Shown here in pieces: positions 40,041 to 50,684 of a stretch of DNA of 64,000 nt (position 1 is the first letter of the stretch; every line of letters starts with the position of its first letter). The DNA comes from an uncultured Phycisphaerales bacterium (lineage in GTDB: Bacteria; Planctomycetota; Phycisphaerae; Sedimentisphaerales; Anaerobacaceae). The translations under genes were made by a program, and so were the position numbers. The stretch is taken from the NCBI GenBank assembly GCA_963718665.1, contig OY970359.1, forward strand, positions 608,001 to 672,000, written 5' to 3'. The notes beneath the pieces are model-generated. The model saw nothing but the letters and a program-made list of their open reading frames with translations, was not told the origin of the DNA and searched no databases.

Positions 40041-41222
40041 ATGTGCTCTCAGCTAAATAGACGCGATTTTCTTAAAGTTGTCGGAGTCACTGGAATCAGC
40101 GCAACACTGTTTAGTATCGACTCATTGGCAACGGATTTGCCGATGCAAAACTTTTTCTTCGCCCAGTTGTCCGACACGCACTGGGGTTTCGATAACCCGG
40201 CCATAAACCCTGATTTTGCCGGAACATTGAAAAAAACCATTGCGGGTGTAAACGCACTCGAACAACAGCCCGATTTCATTGTCTTTACAGGCGACCTGAC
40301 TCATACCACCGACGACGGTAATGTTCGGAGAAAGCGAATGAAGGAGTTTCGCGAAATTATTAAGGAGCTGAAGGTTCGGAACATCAGGTTTTTACCGGGC
40401 GAGCACGATGCCTCCCTCGACAATGGCAATGCCTTCAAGGAATTTTTCGGAGATACCCACTATACTTTCGACCACAAGGGCGTTCATTTTATCGCCCTTG
40501 ATAACGTCTCCGACCCGCATGCGACCCTCGGCGAGGAACAGCTCGGCTGGCTCAAGGCCGACCTCGAAAAACTCGACAAAAACGCCAGAATTGTAGTTCT
40601 CACTCACCGCCCGCTCTTCGACCTTGCTGCCGACTGGGATTGGACCACAGCCGACGGAGCCAAAGCGATAGAGCTTCTGACTCCTTTCAGCAGCGTCATC
40701 GTTCTCTATGGCCACATCCACCAGGTTAATAACCACATGACAGGTCAAATCGCGCACCATTCCGCGATGGGCCTTATGTATCCGCTGCCCGCGCCGCACT
40801 CTGTCCCCAAAAAAATTCAGATACCCTGGGATGCCGCTCACCCATACAAAGGACTGGGTTATCGGCAGGTCCAGCCCAAAGTCAGCCCGGTTGATTTTGC
40901 GATAACCGACCTGCCGGTGGTCTCAGCCGGTGCAGACCAGCCGACAGAGCAGGTGATTAAAATTACCGCCAAAAAATTTGAGTACTCACCAAACAATATT
41001 ACTCTGAAAAAAGGTGTCCCCGTAACGCTTTCGCTGACATCCCTCGACCAATTACACGGATTTAACTGCCCCAGCCTTAACATCCGCTCTGACATCGCCC
41101 CTGGAAAGGTCAACACAATCCGTTTCACGCCGGAAAAAATCGGCACTTTCGATTTTCATTGCGACGTTTTCTGCGGAAGCGGCCACGAACAGATGACAGG
41201 AACAATCACTGTTACAGAATAG
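40041..41222 (+). CDS. Tat-exported metallophosphoesterase fused to a CuA-type cupredoxin
   Basis: NRRDFLK; DTH, GDL, GEHD, GHIH; HGF...CDVFCGSGHEQM. Confidence 0.85.
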   Translation: MCSQLNRRDFLKVVGVTGISATLFSIDSLATDLPMQNFFFAQLSDTHWGFDNPAINPDFAGTLKKTIAGVNALEQQPDFIVFTGDLTHTTDDGNVRRKRMKEFREIIKELKVRNIRFLPGEHDASLDNGNAFKEFFGDTHYTFDHKGVHFIALDNVSDPHATLGEEQLGWLKADLEKLDKNARIVVLTHRPLFDLAADWDWTTADGAKAIELLTPFSSVIVLYGHIHQVNNHMTGQIAHHSAMGLMYPLPAPHSVPKKIQIPWDAAHPYKGLGYRQVQPKVSPVDFAITDLPVVSAGADQPTEQVIKITAKKFEYSPNNITLKKGVPVTLSLTSLDQLHGFNCPSLNIRSDIAPGKVNTIRFTPEKIGTFDFHCDVFCGSGHEQMTGTITVTE

Positions 41223-41296
41223 TTTCGATTAGCTGATTTGTTTAACAGAACCTGTTATCTGGTGCGGGTAAATAGGAACGTTACTCTTCTTAATCA

Positions 41297-42619
41297 TTAA
41301 TAACTCCGCTCCCTATGTGTCCTTAATTTTTCACGGATTTCCTTGTTTATCCTCGCGCTGCACCATTGCTTGCCGCACATTGAGCAGTAATCCGCGATAC
41401 TCTTGCCGTTTTCCTCTATTCCCCTGCACGCCTCCTCGTGCATTCTCACTGCCGTCTCCGGGTCCAGCGACTGCGCAAGATGCCTGTCCCAGTCAAGGTT
41501 CGCTCTGGCAATACTCAATCCCCTGTCCCTGTCCGCCGCGCCTGCAAGTCCCCTCGCCACGTCGCCCGCGTGCGCCGCAATCCGCGCAGCAATCACGCCC
41601 GTCCGCACGTCCTCGGCATTCGGCAAACCCAAATGTTCCCTCGGCGTAACATAACACAAAAACGACGCCCCGTAATACGCCGCCGCTGTCCCCCCTATCG
41701 CCGACGTTATATGGTCATACCCCGGCGCAATATCCGTAACCACAGGCCCAAGAACATAAAACGGCGCGTTATGGCAAATCTCCTGCTGAATCTTCATATT
41801 GTGCTCTATCTGGTTAAACGGCACGTGCCCAGGCCCCTCGACCATAACCTGGCATCCCGCCTCAATCGCACGCTGAGTCAATTCACCAAGAGTCCGCAGC
41901 TCCGAAATTTGCGCCTCATCCGTCGCGTCCGCCAAACTCCCGGGCCGCAACCCGTCCCCCAAAGAAAAACAAACGTCATATTCACGCATCAACGCGCACA
42001 ATTCATCGAACATCTCATACAGCAGATTTTGCCTCCCGTGATAAAGCATCCATTCCGCCAATAACGCCCCGCCCCTGCTCACTATCCCCATTACACGCTT
42101 GCCCGTCAAAGGCAGATACTCCCTCAGTACCCCAGCGTGAATCGTAAAAAAATCAACCCCCTGCTTTGCCTGCCTCTCAATCACATCAAGAATTATCTTT
42201 TCATCAACCTCCTCCACCGTCCTGTCCGAAACCATCTGGTAAATCGGCACCGTCCCAAACGGAACAGAGCACTGGGCCAGCAATTCTTCCCTTATCGCGT
42301 CCAAATCCCCCCCGGTGCTCAAATCCATTATCGCGTCCGCCCCCATTTCTATCGCAACTCGCATCTTCTCAATTTCTTCCCCGACAGTGCTCCGAACGCT
42401 GCTCACCCCGATATTGGCGTTGACTTTCGTCGTCAGCACACGACCTATCCCACGGGGTTTCAAATTCCGCTTCAAATGAATCACATTGGCGGGTATCACC
42501 AACCGACCCGCCGCTATTTCATCACGCACTAAGCCCGCCTCAACACCTTCGGTCTTCGCCACGTATTCAACCTCCGAACTTATCCGACCGGCCTTCGCTG
42601 TCTCTAATTGTGTCGCCAT
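41297..42619 (-). CDS. thiC: Phosphomethylpyrimidine synthase
   Basis: KVNANIG, MDLSTGG, SRGG, GDGLRPG, EGPGHVP, CSMCG...C. Confidence 0.97.
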   Translation of the reverse strand: MATQLETAKAGRISSEVEYVAKTEGVEAGLVRDEIAAGRLVIPANVIHLKRNLKPRGIGRVLTTKVNANIGVSSVRSTVGEEIEKMRVAIEMGADAIMDLSTGGDLDAIREELLAQCSVPFGTVPIYQMVSDRTVEEVDEKIILDVIERQAKQGVDFFTIHAGVLREYLPLTGKRVMGIVSRGGALLAEWMLYHGRQNLLYEMFDELCALMREYDVCFSLGDGLRPGSLADATDEAQISELRTLGELTQRAIEAGCQVMVEGPGHVPFNQIEHNMKIQQEICHNAPFYVLGPVVTDIAPGYDHITSAIGGTAAAYYGASFLCYVTPREHLGLPNAEDVRTGVIAARIAAHAGDVARGLAGAADRDRGLSIARANLDWDRHLAQSLDPETAVRMHEEACRGIEENGKSIADYCSMCGKQWCSARINKEIREKLRTHRERSY

Positions 42620-42634
42620 TTCTTTTACCGCCTT

Positions 42635-42669
42635 AAAATAAAAAAATCGCTTTCATAAGGAAGCGATTT
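42635..42669 (-). terminator. Riboswitch-associated intrinsic terminator
   Basis: Minus strand AAATCGCTT-CCTTATGA-AAGCGATTT followed by TTTTATTTT. Confidence 0.75.
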
Positions 42670-42703
42670 CAATCTCATATCAACATCTTCGACTGTCTTC
42701 TAT

Positions 42704-42798
42704 CACTTCCCTACGCAGGCCTCGCCTCTTTCGGCTGTCCTGTTCAGGTTCAAAGGGTTTACTCTCAGGTTCGCGTCTCACGCAAACCACCCCTAGTG
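42704..42798 (-). ncRNA. TPP riboswitch
   Basis: CACTAGGGGTG...CTGAGA..AACCCTTTGAACCTGA.CAGG...GCCTGCGTAGGGAAGTG upstream of thiC. Confidence 0.92.
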
Positions 42799-42828
42799 AA
42801 CAACTGCTTTATATCTCAACGTTCTCGG

Positions 42829-43206
42829 CTAATACCAAATCGTAATGATAATATTCGGCTCCGTCTTCTTGCCGACAATATCGCCCGTAACCGTATTCGT
42901 CCGCTTTATGGTAACGCCCGGGTTATCCATCAGCCATTTGCATATCTGCTCATCCAGAAAATCAATCGCCCCCGAATGCAGCTTCGTGTAGAAATTCTTG
43001 ACGCCCGTAATCCGGTCGGGCCAGCTCACCTTCTTGCCTGTGTCCTTTATAACAGGCATAGGCATATCTTCCGATGCTTCGCTTGCGCTGCTCGATGTGC
43101 CCCCTCCGAGGTCCAATGGCGAATGTGACACCGACAACCCGTCATCAAACGGTATCGGCTTATCTGCGTTCTGTCCGCCCGGCTTGCCTGCTTGAAACTC
43201 ATCCAT
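42829..43206 (-). CDS. Hypothetical protein
   Basis: GGAGG RBS; globular C-terminal half (FYTKLH..LDEQI..WL). Confidence 0.7.
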   Translation of the reverse strand: MDEFQAGKPGGQNADKPIPFDDGLSVSHSPLDLGGGTSSSASEASEDMPMPVIKDTGKKVSWPDRITGVKNFYTKLHSGAIDFLDEQICKWLMDNPGVTIKRTNTVTGDIVGKKTEPNIIITIWY

Positions 43207-43316
43207 TATACTGCCCTCCAGAAAATTATAGATTCCTCATATTTCAAAAACATTTTAAGCTATTATTTAGTATAACAACCTTGTGATACCCGTCAAACAC
43301 TTTATTATATCAGCAA

Positions 43317-44651
43317 ATGAATACTAAAAAAATTACCGTTGGCTTTATATCCCTCGGCTGTCCCAAAAATATGGTCGATAGCGAACGTATGCTCGCACAA
43401 ATCGCCCAGACCGGCTTCTGCATAACACAGGACCCCGACAACGCCGCCGTCGTCGTCATCAATACCTGCGGCTTCATCGAACCCGCCAAAGCAGAAGCCC
43501 TCGACGCCATCAATCACGCCCTCAAACGAAAACAAAAAGGCCATATCCAGAAAATCATCGTCGCCGGCTGCCTCGCCCAGCGAATGGGCAAAAACCTCCT
43601 CAATGAAACCGTAGGAATCGACGCCATCCTTGGCCTTGAATCACGCGACAACATCGTCGATATAATTAAATCGACCTTCACATCCGACAAACCCGTTTCC
43701 GCCGTAACCGCCCCCCTCAAAATCCCATACGACGACCGAATCCGACTCCGCATCACCCCCCCACACTGGGCATACCTGAGAATCAGCGAGGGCTGCAACA
43801 AAAAATGCTCCTTCTGCACCATCCCCGCTATCAGGGGCAAAGCACGCAGCAAACCCAGACAACTCATCCTCACAGAAGCTAAAGAGCTCGTCGCCTCAGG
43901 CGCAGTCGAACTCAATATCATCGCTCAGGACATCACCGCCTATGGCCACGACCTCAATATCCAAAACGCCCTGCCAAAACTGCTTACCGACCTCGCCAAA
44001 ATCCCGCGACTCCGCTGGATTCGACTTCTTTATCTCTACCCCACCGGAATTACCGAACACCTCATCGAAACTGTCGGCACCTGCGATAAAATCCTCCCGT
44101 ATTTCGACGTCCCCCTCCAGCACATCAACCCCCAAATCCTCAAAGCAATGCGCCGCCCTCATTCCAAAGACAAAATTCGCCGGTTAATCGAAACCCTCCG
44201 AATCAAAATCCCCGGCTGCGTCCTCCGCACCACCTTCATCGTCGGCTTCCCCGGCGAAACCAACGCTCGCTTCAACGAACTTCTCGCTTTTCTCAAATGG
44301 GCACGATTCGACAACCTCGGCTGCTTCCCCTTCTACCCGGAACAGGGAACCCCCGCCGCCGACCTCCCTCACCAGATTCCTGATAACGTCAAAAAACTTC
44401 GTATCGAAAAACTTATGCTCACCCAGCAAAAAATTGCCTTTGATAAAAATAAATCCCGAATAGGCACCACACTGACCTGCCTCGTTGATAGCATCGACAA
44501 AAATCACACCGCCAAAGCCCGCTTCTTCGGCCAGGCACCCGATATCGACCCCATCTGCATAATCCGCAATTGCCATACCTCCCCCGGCTCCCTCATTAAC
44601 GCCAAAGTAACCTCCTTCAAAAACTACGACCTCCTCTGTAAAAAAATTTAA
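43317..44651 (+). CDS. rimO: Ribosomal protein S12 methylthiotransferase
   Basis: SLGCPKNMVDSE, NTCGFI, EGCNKKCSFC, QAPDID. Confidence 0.95.
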   Translation: MNTKKITVGFISLGCPKNMVDSERMLAQIAQTGFCITQDPDNAAVVVINTCGFIEPAKAEALDAINHALKRKQKGHIQKIIVAGCLAQRMGKNLLNETVGIDAILGLESRDNIVDIIKSTFTSDKPVSAVTAPLKIPYDDRIRLRITPPHWAYLRISEGCNKKCSFCTIPAIRGKARSKPRQLILTEAKELVASGAVELNIIAQDITAYGHDLNIQNALPKLLTDLAKIPRLRWIRLLYLYPTGITEHLIETVGTCDKILPYFDVPLQHINPQILKAMRRPHSKDKIRRLIETLRIKIPGCVLRTTFIVGFPGETNARFNELLAFLKWARFDNLGCFPFYPEQGTPAADLPHQIPDNVKKLRIEKLMLTQQKIAFDKNKSRIGTTLTCLVDSIDKNHTAKARFFGQAPDIDPICIIRNCHTSPGSLINAKVTSFKNYDLLCKKI

Positions 44652-44687
44652 TCTTGAATTACCCAAATCAATATGTAAACTCTGCCT

Positions 44688-45287
44688 ATGCTAAAACTGG
44701 TTCCTAACATATTGACCTTTGGCCGGCTCGTCCTGACCATACTCTTTCTTGGTATGCTTCTCTATATACCCCAGGCCAAAGACAAAACCTTCGTTTTCGA
44801 CAACGCCCTCACAGTCTTCATTATCGCCGCCCTCACCGACATCATCGACGGCCCCATCGCCCGAAAACTCAATGTCGCCAGCAAATTAGGCCGTATGCTT
44901 GACCCGCTCGCCGACAAAATCCTCGTCTGCGGTGCATTCATCTGCTTCGCCGTCATCCGCGAACCCTCCCTCTTCGCCATTCCCGAAACTTATATGAACG
45001 TTATCCGCTGGGGCATTGCCGCAATCCTGATTGGCAGAGAGGGCTATGTAACCATTCTTCGCCACGCCGCCGAGGCCAAAGGTATCGACTTCCGCGCCGT
45101 CGCCTCAGGCAAAATAAAAATGTTCCTCCAGTCCCTGGCCGTTGGAATCGTCCTTATCAAATCCGCCCACGCCCCAGCCGCGGCCTGGGCTAACTGGTTT
45201 GTCGCCATTACATTCCTGGCTATGCTCACGGCCACAATCATCTCCGGCTTTTCCGCCACCCGCCGAACCGCCCCAAAAAACGCCTGA
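44688..45287 (+). CDS. pgsA: CDP-alcohol phosphatidyltransferase (PGP synthase-like)
   Basis: PNILT..R, TD..DG.IAR.....S.LG..LDPLADK, GKIK...Q. Confidence 0.85.
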   Translation: MLKLVPNILTFGRLVLTILFLGMLLYIPQAKDKTFVFDNALTVFIIAALTDIIDGPIARKLNVASKLGRMLDPLADKILVCGAFICFAVIREPSLFAIPETYMNVIRWGIAAILIGREGYVTILRHAAEAKGIDFRAVASGKIKMFLQSLAVGIVLIKSAHAPAAAWANWFVAITFLAMLTATIISGFSATRRTAPKNA

Positions 45288-45447
45288 AGCAATCTTAAAC
45301 TGTTAACTTTAACATTCTATATTGAAAATTGAATATTGGATATTTCTTCGCCTTCTGCCTTCTAACTTCTCCCTTCTGCCTCCCCCAAATATCCTTTTGA
45401 TGAATCAGGGTGGCCAACAAAAATATTTTATTTTTTCAATATTTTAC

Positions 45448-45476
45448 TTGACATCGCATAGTATGCAATACATAAT
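45448..45476 (+). promoter_or_regulatory. Putative promoter with embedded palindrome (candidate PadR operator)
   Basis: TTGACA-N17-CATAAT containing GCATA-G-TATGC. Confidence 0.55.
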
Positions 45477-45530
45477 AAGTATAACAATACATTACTACGA
45501 TATACGATATTTTATGAAAAGGAGATTGGT

Positions 45531-45872
45531 ATGAAATTTGAAAGTCAGTTACTCAAAGGTATCGCCCCCGTAGTTGTGCTTCAGATTCTCTCGCGAGGTG
45601 AAATGTATGGCTACGAATTGACACGGACAATCGAAAACCGCAGCGACGAAATCCTCACGCTGGGCAAAGGCACCCTCTACCCCCTGCTTTACAACCTCGA
45701 AGCTAAACGCCTCGTCAAAGCCCGTGTTGAAACCGCTAAATCAGGCCGCAAAAGACGCTACTACTCAATCACCGGCAAAGGCAAAGAATATCTCTCAAGC
45801 CAGACCGAGCAGTTGCGAAAGCTGCGTTCAGGCCTTGATTTCGTCTTCGGCGGCGCGATTAAAACTGCATAA
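45531..45872 (+). CDS. PadR-family transcriptional regulator
   Basis: MYGYEL, GTLYPLL..LE, RKRRYYSIT.KG. Confidence 0.93.
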   Translation: MKFESQLLKGIAPVVVLQILSRGEMYGYELTRTIENRSDEILTLGKGTLYPLLYNLEAKRLVKARVETAKSGRKRRYYSITGKGKEYLSSQTEQLRKLRSGLDFVFGGAIKTA

Positions 45873-45917
45873 ACGAATAAGCCGTTAACCGAGCATCGAT
45901 AAATTAGGAGCAACGTT

Positions 45918-47555
45918 ATGGCTGAAAATGATAAAACATCCGAAAACCTCCCCAATAGCGCCGTCGAATACATCAACCTCGTCATCAAAAAAATGCGATA
46001 TCGCCGAAAGGCACGCGATGAAGTCCGCGAAGATCTGCTCGACCATTTCGAAGTTTACCTGAAAGATTGCGCCACTAACGAGGAAAAAGAGCAAAAAGCA
46101 CAACAATTAATATCAGGATTCGGCGACCCGAAAATCCTCGCCGTCCTTATGCGCCGCGCAAAAAAACGCTGCCGGCCACTCTGGCAGAAAATTCTCGTAA
46201 GAAGTTTTGCCTCCGCGCTGCTCATCTTCGCGTATCTGCTAATCTGTGCCTCTTGGCTTCGCATGGGCACCCCCACTATCAGGATTAACTACGCCCAATT
46301 GATGACCGACCAGCAAAAACAGGGCAGAGACGAATCCCTCAACGCCAAGATAGAAATGGACAAGGCAGCCCTGCTTTTGAGCAAATCCGATGATTCGCTG
46401 GCAGTATACAATATGCCTCATCTGTGGCCCGGCGATATGAATGACGCCCAAAAACAGCTAATATCCAAAACCCTGCAGGCCAACGCGGAAACCCTGAATA
46501 CGCTTAATAAATCACTGGAGAAACCGTATTACTGGGAAGATTACAATAGGTTCGGTTCGATTGCAATTGAAGCAAACTCAATCATTTATCTCAATCCTGA
46601 CCTTATACAAAGCGATATAAAACTCCTCGCACAATATAGACAAGTTGCCAGGCTTATGGCAACTCGAATCGAATTTGGTGCATACTCCGGCGATATCGAT
46701 GGGGCTGTCAACGATATAATATCGCTTCACAGATTCGCATCCCATCTGGAAGGGCAGGGATTGCTTATCGAACAGTTGGTGGCCATGGCAATAGAAGGCC
46801 TCGCCCACTCCAGAACAACTAATATCCTGGCGCGTGTTGACATCCCGGCCGCACAATTAAAACACCTGCAGGATGAATTAACAGTTACTTTTGCAAAACG
46901 CGAATTTCCCATTGATATCAACGATGAGAAAGCGTTCTGGTATGCGCTTATCCAGCAGTGTTTTACCGATGACGGAAGAGGCAACGGAAAAATGTTGAAA
47001 GCCGGCATGCACCGTTTCGTCCGCGACTGGAAAAATGCCGTCTGGTCTTTTCTTACTTTCAGCTACCCCGACAGGCGGCAAGCCCTTGCACAGGTCGAAA
47101 AAATATTCGCCGAAGGTCAACAAAATTACCAGACTACCCCTTGGCAAAAAAAAGGTAAAACATTTACAAAGCCAACTGATTCAGCATATGGGTTGTCTAT
47201 ATTCAGCTTGCTTACCCTGGCTAATGACAGGACTTCTGCCGTCGTCTGGCGTGCCAAAACACAACGAGAAGCCACTTTAACAATCCTCGCCGCCCTGCGT
47301 TTTCAAAAAGAGAAAGGTAAATTCCCCGATAATCTCGATGAGCTTGTTAAGGCCGGCTATCTGACAAAATTGCCTGTTGACCCCTTCAGCCCCGGCTCGC
47401 TAACCTACAAAAAAACCGCGGATGGTTTCCTCCTTTACAGTTGGGGTGAAAATCTCAAAGATGATGACGGACAGATTGCCCGTGATGAAAAAGGAAAACT
47501 TAAAATGTTCGCCGATACTGGCGACTGGGTATTCTGGCCTGTCGTAAAGAATTGA
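45918..47555 (+). CDS. PadR-associated single-TM protein with pseudopilin-like C-terminal motif
   Basis: E...HF..FGDP..LA N-terminus; FP..L.ELV..YL..LP.DPF...YSWG.N..DD.G. Confidence 0.7.
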   Translation: MAENDKTSENLPNSAVEYINLVIKKMRYRRKARDEVREDLLDHFEVYLKDCATNEEKEQKAQQLISGFGDPKILAVLMRRAKKRCRPLWQKILVRSFASALLIFAYLLICASWLRMGTPTIRINYAQLMTDQQKQGRDESLNAKIEMDKAALLLSKSDDSLAVYNMPHLWPGDMNDAQKQLISKTLQANAETLNTLNKSLEKPYYWEDYNRFGSIAIEANSIIYLNPDLIQSDIKLLAQYRQVARLMATRIEFGAYSGDIDGAVNDIISLHRFASHLEGQGLLIEQLVAMAIEGLAHSRTTNILARVDIPAAQLKHLQDELTVTFAKREFPIDINDEKAFWYALIQQCFTDDGRGNGKMLKAGMHRFVRDWKNAVWSFLTFSYPDRRQALAQVEKIFAEGQQNYQTTPWQKKGKTFTKPTDSAYGLSIFSLLTLANDRTSAVVWRAKTQREATLTILAALRFQKEKGKFPDNLDELVKAGYLTKLPVDPFSPGSLTYKKTADGFLLYSWGENLKDDDGQIARDEKGKLKMFADTGDWVFWPVVKN

Positions 47556-47561
47556 TTCCGA

Positions 47562-47765
47562 CTAAGTGGTTGGTCTGGGGCGGGGCGTAAAGGGCAGCAG
47601 TATCCGCTGTGCCTTGCGAATCCGTCGGCGGTTACGCTCAGAGGGCTTCTCATAATACGCGTTGCGCTTCATATCCCGTATCAACCCCTCTTTTTCGCAC
47701 AACTTCTTGAATCGCCTCATCATTTGCTGGACCGATTCGCCTGTTCTTGATTTAACTTTCAGCAT
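47562..47765 (-). CDS. rpsU: 30S ribosomal protein S21
   Basis: ES...MMRRFKK..EKEG....MK...YYEKPSE. Confidence 0.95.
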   Translation of the reverse strand: MLKVKSRTGESVQQMMRRFKKLCEKEGLIRDMKRNAYYEKPSERNRRRIRKAQRILLPFTPRPRPTT

Positions 47766-47975
47766 AATACAAAAACACCCCTTACACAAACCTGACTTGA
47801 AAGGTTTAATAAACTCAATTTTAACCAAATTATTCCTCTGATAATATATCCCCCCTGCCCGCCCTTTGCAAGCCAAAAATACCGAAAAAATCACATTCCC
47901 GCCTACCCCTTCTTTTATTGAAGAAACGAAGCAGATATGGTAACTTGGGCAGGTTATTTTGGAGATAACCGGTAA

Positions 47976-49313
47976 ATGGACAAAATGCGTGAGACCATCG
48001 GGGTTCGCAAAGAGCGGGCCATATTAGTCGCAGCCATTCTGCAACACCAGAAAGACAACGACGACCTCAAAGAGCTAACCGCGCTCGCCGAAAGTGCGGG
48101 TGCTATCGTCGTTGACCGCTTTCAGCAGAAAATCCATAAAATTAATCCCCCCCTGTACATCGGCAAAGGCAAGGTCGAACAGCTCGCCCAGCGCGTCAAG
48201 CGATTCGACGCCGACCTCATCATATTCGATAACGACCTCCTCCCGCGCCAAATCAGGGAGCTTGAAGCGATTGTCCCCGCCAAAGTCATCGACCGCAGCG
48301 AATTGATTCTCGACATCTTCGCCACCGGCGCAAAAACCACCCAGGCCAAACTCCAGGTCGAGCTTGCCCAGCTCGAATACACCTACCCGCGTCTCGCCCG
48401 TATGTGGTCGCACTTAGACAGCGTCGCCGGCGCAGGCGGAGCTACCACCGCAGGAGCCGTAGGCGGTATCGGCACTCGCGGCCCCGGCGAACAACAGCTC
48501 GAAACCGACAGGCGACTCGTAAACAAGCGCATAACCGACCTCGAACGCGAACTCGAAGGTATTGACAAACGCCGCGTCCGCGAAATCGACAGCAGAAAAG
48601 GTGCATTCCAGATTTGCCTCGTGGGTTACACGAACGTCGGCAAAAGCACGCTCCTCAATGCCCTCACCGACGCCGACGCCTATGTCGAAGACCGCCTCTT
48701 CGCGACCCTCGACACACGCACAAGAAAATGGCAGCTCGAAGGCGGTTGCGAAGTCCTCCTCAGCGATACCGTTGGCTTCATTCGCAACCTCCCGCATCAG
48801 CTCGTCGAGGCCTTTAAAGCAACCCTCGAAGAAGCAATCACCGCAGACCTTCTCCTGCACGTCGTCGATGTCTCAAACCCCGACGCCGGAAAACAAATAG
48901 AATCAGTGAACAAAGTCCTCGCCGACATCGGCTGCGGCGAAAAACAAATCCTCCTCGTCCTCAACAAAATCGACGTCCTCAGCGGCGTCAATACAATGGA
49001 AACGCTCCAAACCCTTTACCCCGACGCCATCGCCGTCTCCGCAAAAACCGGCTATGGCCTCAAACGCCTCCTTGAAGCAGTCATCGATAAATTCCACGGC
49101 GGCGTCATCACCGTCAAAGTTACCACAAGCCAGGCAAACGGCAAAATCCAGAGCTTCATGCACGCTTACACGACCATCCTCGATGAAAAATACACCGCTA
49201 ACAACGTCATCATCAAAGCCCAGTTAGGCCAAAACCAGCTTGTTAATCTCAAACGCCTCAAACCCGAAAAACTCGAAATCCTCACTGGCGGAAAATTATC
49301 GTCATGCGACTGA
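47976..49313 (+). CDS. hflX: GTPase HflX
   Basis: RGPGE.QLETDRR, GYTNVGKS, LFATLD, DTVGFI, NKID. Confidence 0.97.
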   Translation: MDKMRETIGVRKERAILVAAILQHQKDNDDLKELTALAESAGAIVVDRFQQKIHKINPPLYIGKGKVEQLAQRVKRFDADLIIFDNDLLPRQIRELEAIVPAKVIDRSELILDIFATGAKTTQAKLQVELAQLEYTYPRLARMWSHLDSVAGAGGATTAGAVGGIGTRGPGEQQLETDRRLVNKRITDLERELEGIDKRRVREIDSRKGAFQICLVGYTNVGKSTLLNALTDADAYVEDRLFATLDTRTRKWQLEGGCEVLLSDTVGFIRNLPHQLVEAFKATLEEAITADLLLHVVDVSNPDAGKQIESVNKVLADIGCGEKQILLVLNKIDVLSGVNTMETLQTLYPDAIAVSAKTGYGLKRLLEAVIDKFHGGVITVKVTTSQANGKIQSFMHAYTTILDEKYTANNVIIKAQLGQNQLVNLKRLKPEKLEILTGGKLSSCD

Positions 49314-49499
49314 TGACTATCGACTACACGTAGCGGAGCGCAGAGCCCGCTTCGGCAATCATAAATTGCAAATTGATTAATCCGCAATCTACCTTTCCCC
49401 TTCTAACTTCTAAATTTTTGCCATTTACTTTTTGCTTTTTGATTTGAGGTTGAACTGTCCGCTGAACGCTGTACGCTGTCCGCTGTCTTTGGTCTGCGG

Positions 49500-50684
49500 T
49501 TATTTCTCCGGTATTTTCAGTCGAGCATTGCATTGCGGGCATTTACCCGTCTTGCCTGCGTATTTTGCCGGCATCTTGACCCGCTTGCCGCACGCACAGG
49601 CGAACCGTATAAATTCGTCCTGGGGCTTTTGCGGCTCCAACGGTATCGTTTGCGGCTGCTCAGCAGGGTCGATTGATATGGTCTTTGGCTCAAATGGAAC
49701 AGGCGGTATGGGAGCCAGAGGCAGCTCCTCTTGCAGGTTTGCCGTCGCGTTTAGATAATTAGAATATCCCGCTGAGGGCTCCTCAATTGGCGACGGATGC
49801 CTGTATTCCTCAATTACCTGAAAAAGCGATTTTTCATATCGTTCCATTGTCACCATCTTGAATTTCAGCATCAAAACCGCCAGAACAACGCCTCCCGCGA
49901 AACCTCCGAGGTGCGCAAAATACGCCACCCCTCCCCCGCCCCACATCGCTCCCCAGATATCGAACGCCAGCCAGAATAATATCATCCAAGCGCTGCTTAC
50001 GTTGAATTCTCTGGGTTTTACAAAAATGATTAAATAACAGGTTATTTCATTTTGAGGAAAGAGCACCAGAAACATCCCTACGATGCCGTTTATAGCACCG
50101 CTGGCCCCAAGCGAGCTGCCGCCCGTAAATACGAGGTGAGAAATTCCCGCAACAAGGCCAAGGCCTATGTAAGCCAGTGCATAACGAATATTGCCTATTT
50201 TGGCGCAGATGGCATTACCGAATATCCACAAAAAAAGCATGTTGCCCAGAAGGTGAAAAATGCCCCCGTGCAGCCACATGTACCCGAACAATCCTTTTAA
50301 GTCAAATCCGTTCAAAATATACGGCCTTATCTCCCCCCACACATAATACCGCTCTAATATTACCCGCTTAACGAGTATCTCCTTTAATTGCTCCGGCTTA
50401 TACTTCACAAGGCCGGTTATATCTTCAATGTCAACGACATCGAGGGGGGCTTTTTCTACTGTTTTTTCAATATCGTTAAGATCCTTCTCCTTCACTCCGA
50501 ATTCTTTTGCCATCTCCTCGACCGGCACGTTCTCGTACTTTTTCATCATGCCGGGCATTTGTTCCCTGCGTTCATGGATACTTAACGTCTGAAGGACAAA
50601 TACCGCGATTGCGCCTGCGATTATCAGCCAGTTCACTACCGGATACCGGTCCTGCGGAACATCAACTCGTACTGGTATTATCAA
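49500..50684 (-). CDS. Rhomboid intramembrane protease with C-terminal zinc ribbon
   Basis: H....HLLGNMLFL, GASGA, AHLGG; CACG...CPQC; TTG start after GGAGG. Confidence 0.88.
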   Translation of the reverse strand: MIIPVRVDVPQDRYPVVNWLIIAGAIAVFVLQTLSIHERREQMPGMMKKYENVPVEEMAKEFGVKEKDLNDIEKTVEKAPLDVVDIEDITGLVKYKPEQLKEILVKRVILERYYVWGEIRPYILNGFDLKGLFGYMWLHGGIFHLLGNMLFLWIFGNAICAKIGNIRYALAYIGLGLVAGISHLVFTGGSSLGASGAINGIVGMFLVLFPQNEITCYLIIFVKPREFNVSSAWMILFWLAFDIWGAMWGGGGVAYFAHLGGFAGGVVLAVLMLKFKMVTMERYEKSLFQVIEEYRHPSPIEEPSAGYSNYLNATANLQEELPLAPIPPVPFEPKTISIDPAEQPQTIPLEPQKPQDEFIRFACACGKRVKMPAKYAGKTGKCPQCNARLKIPEK

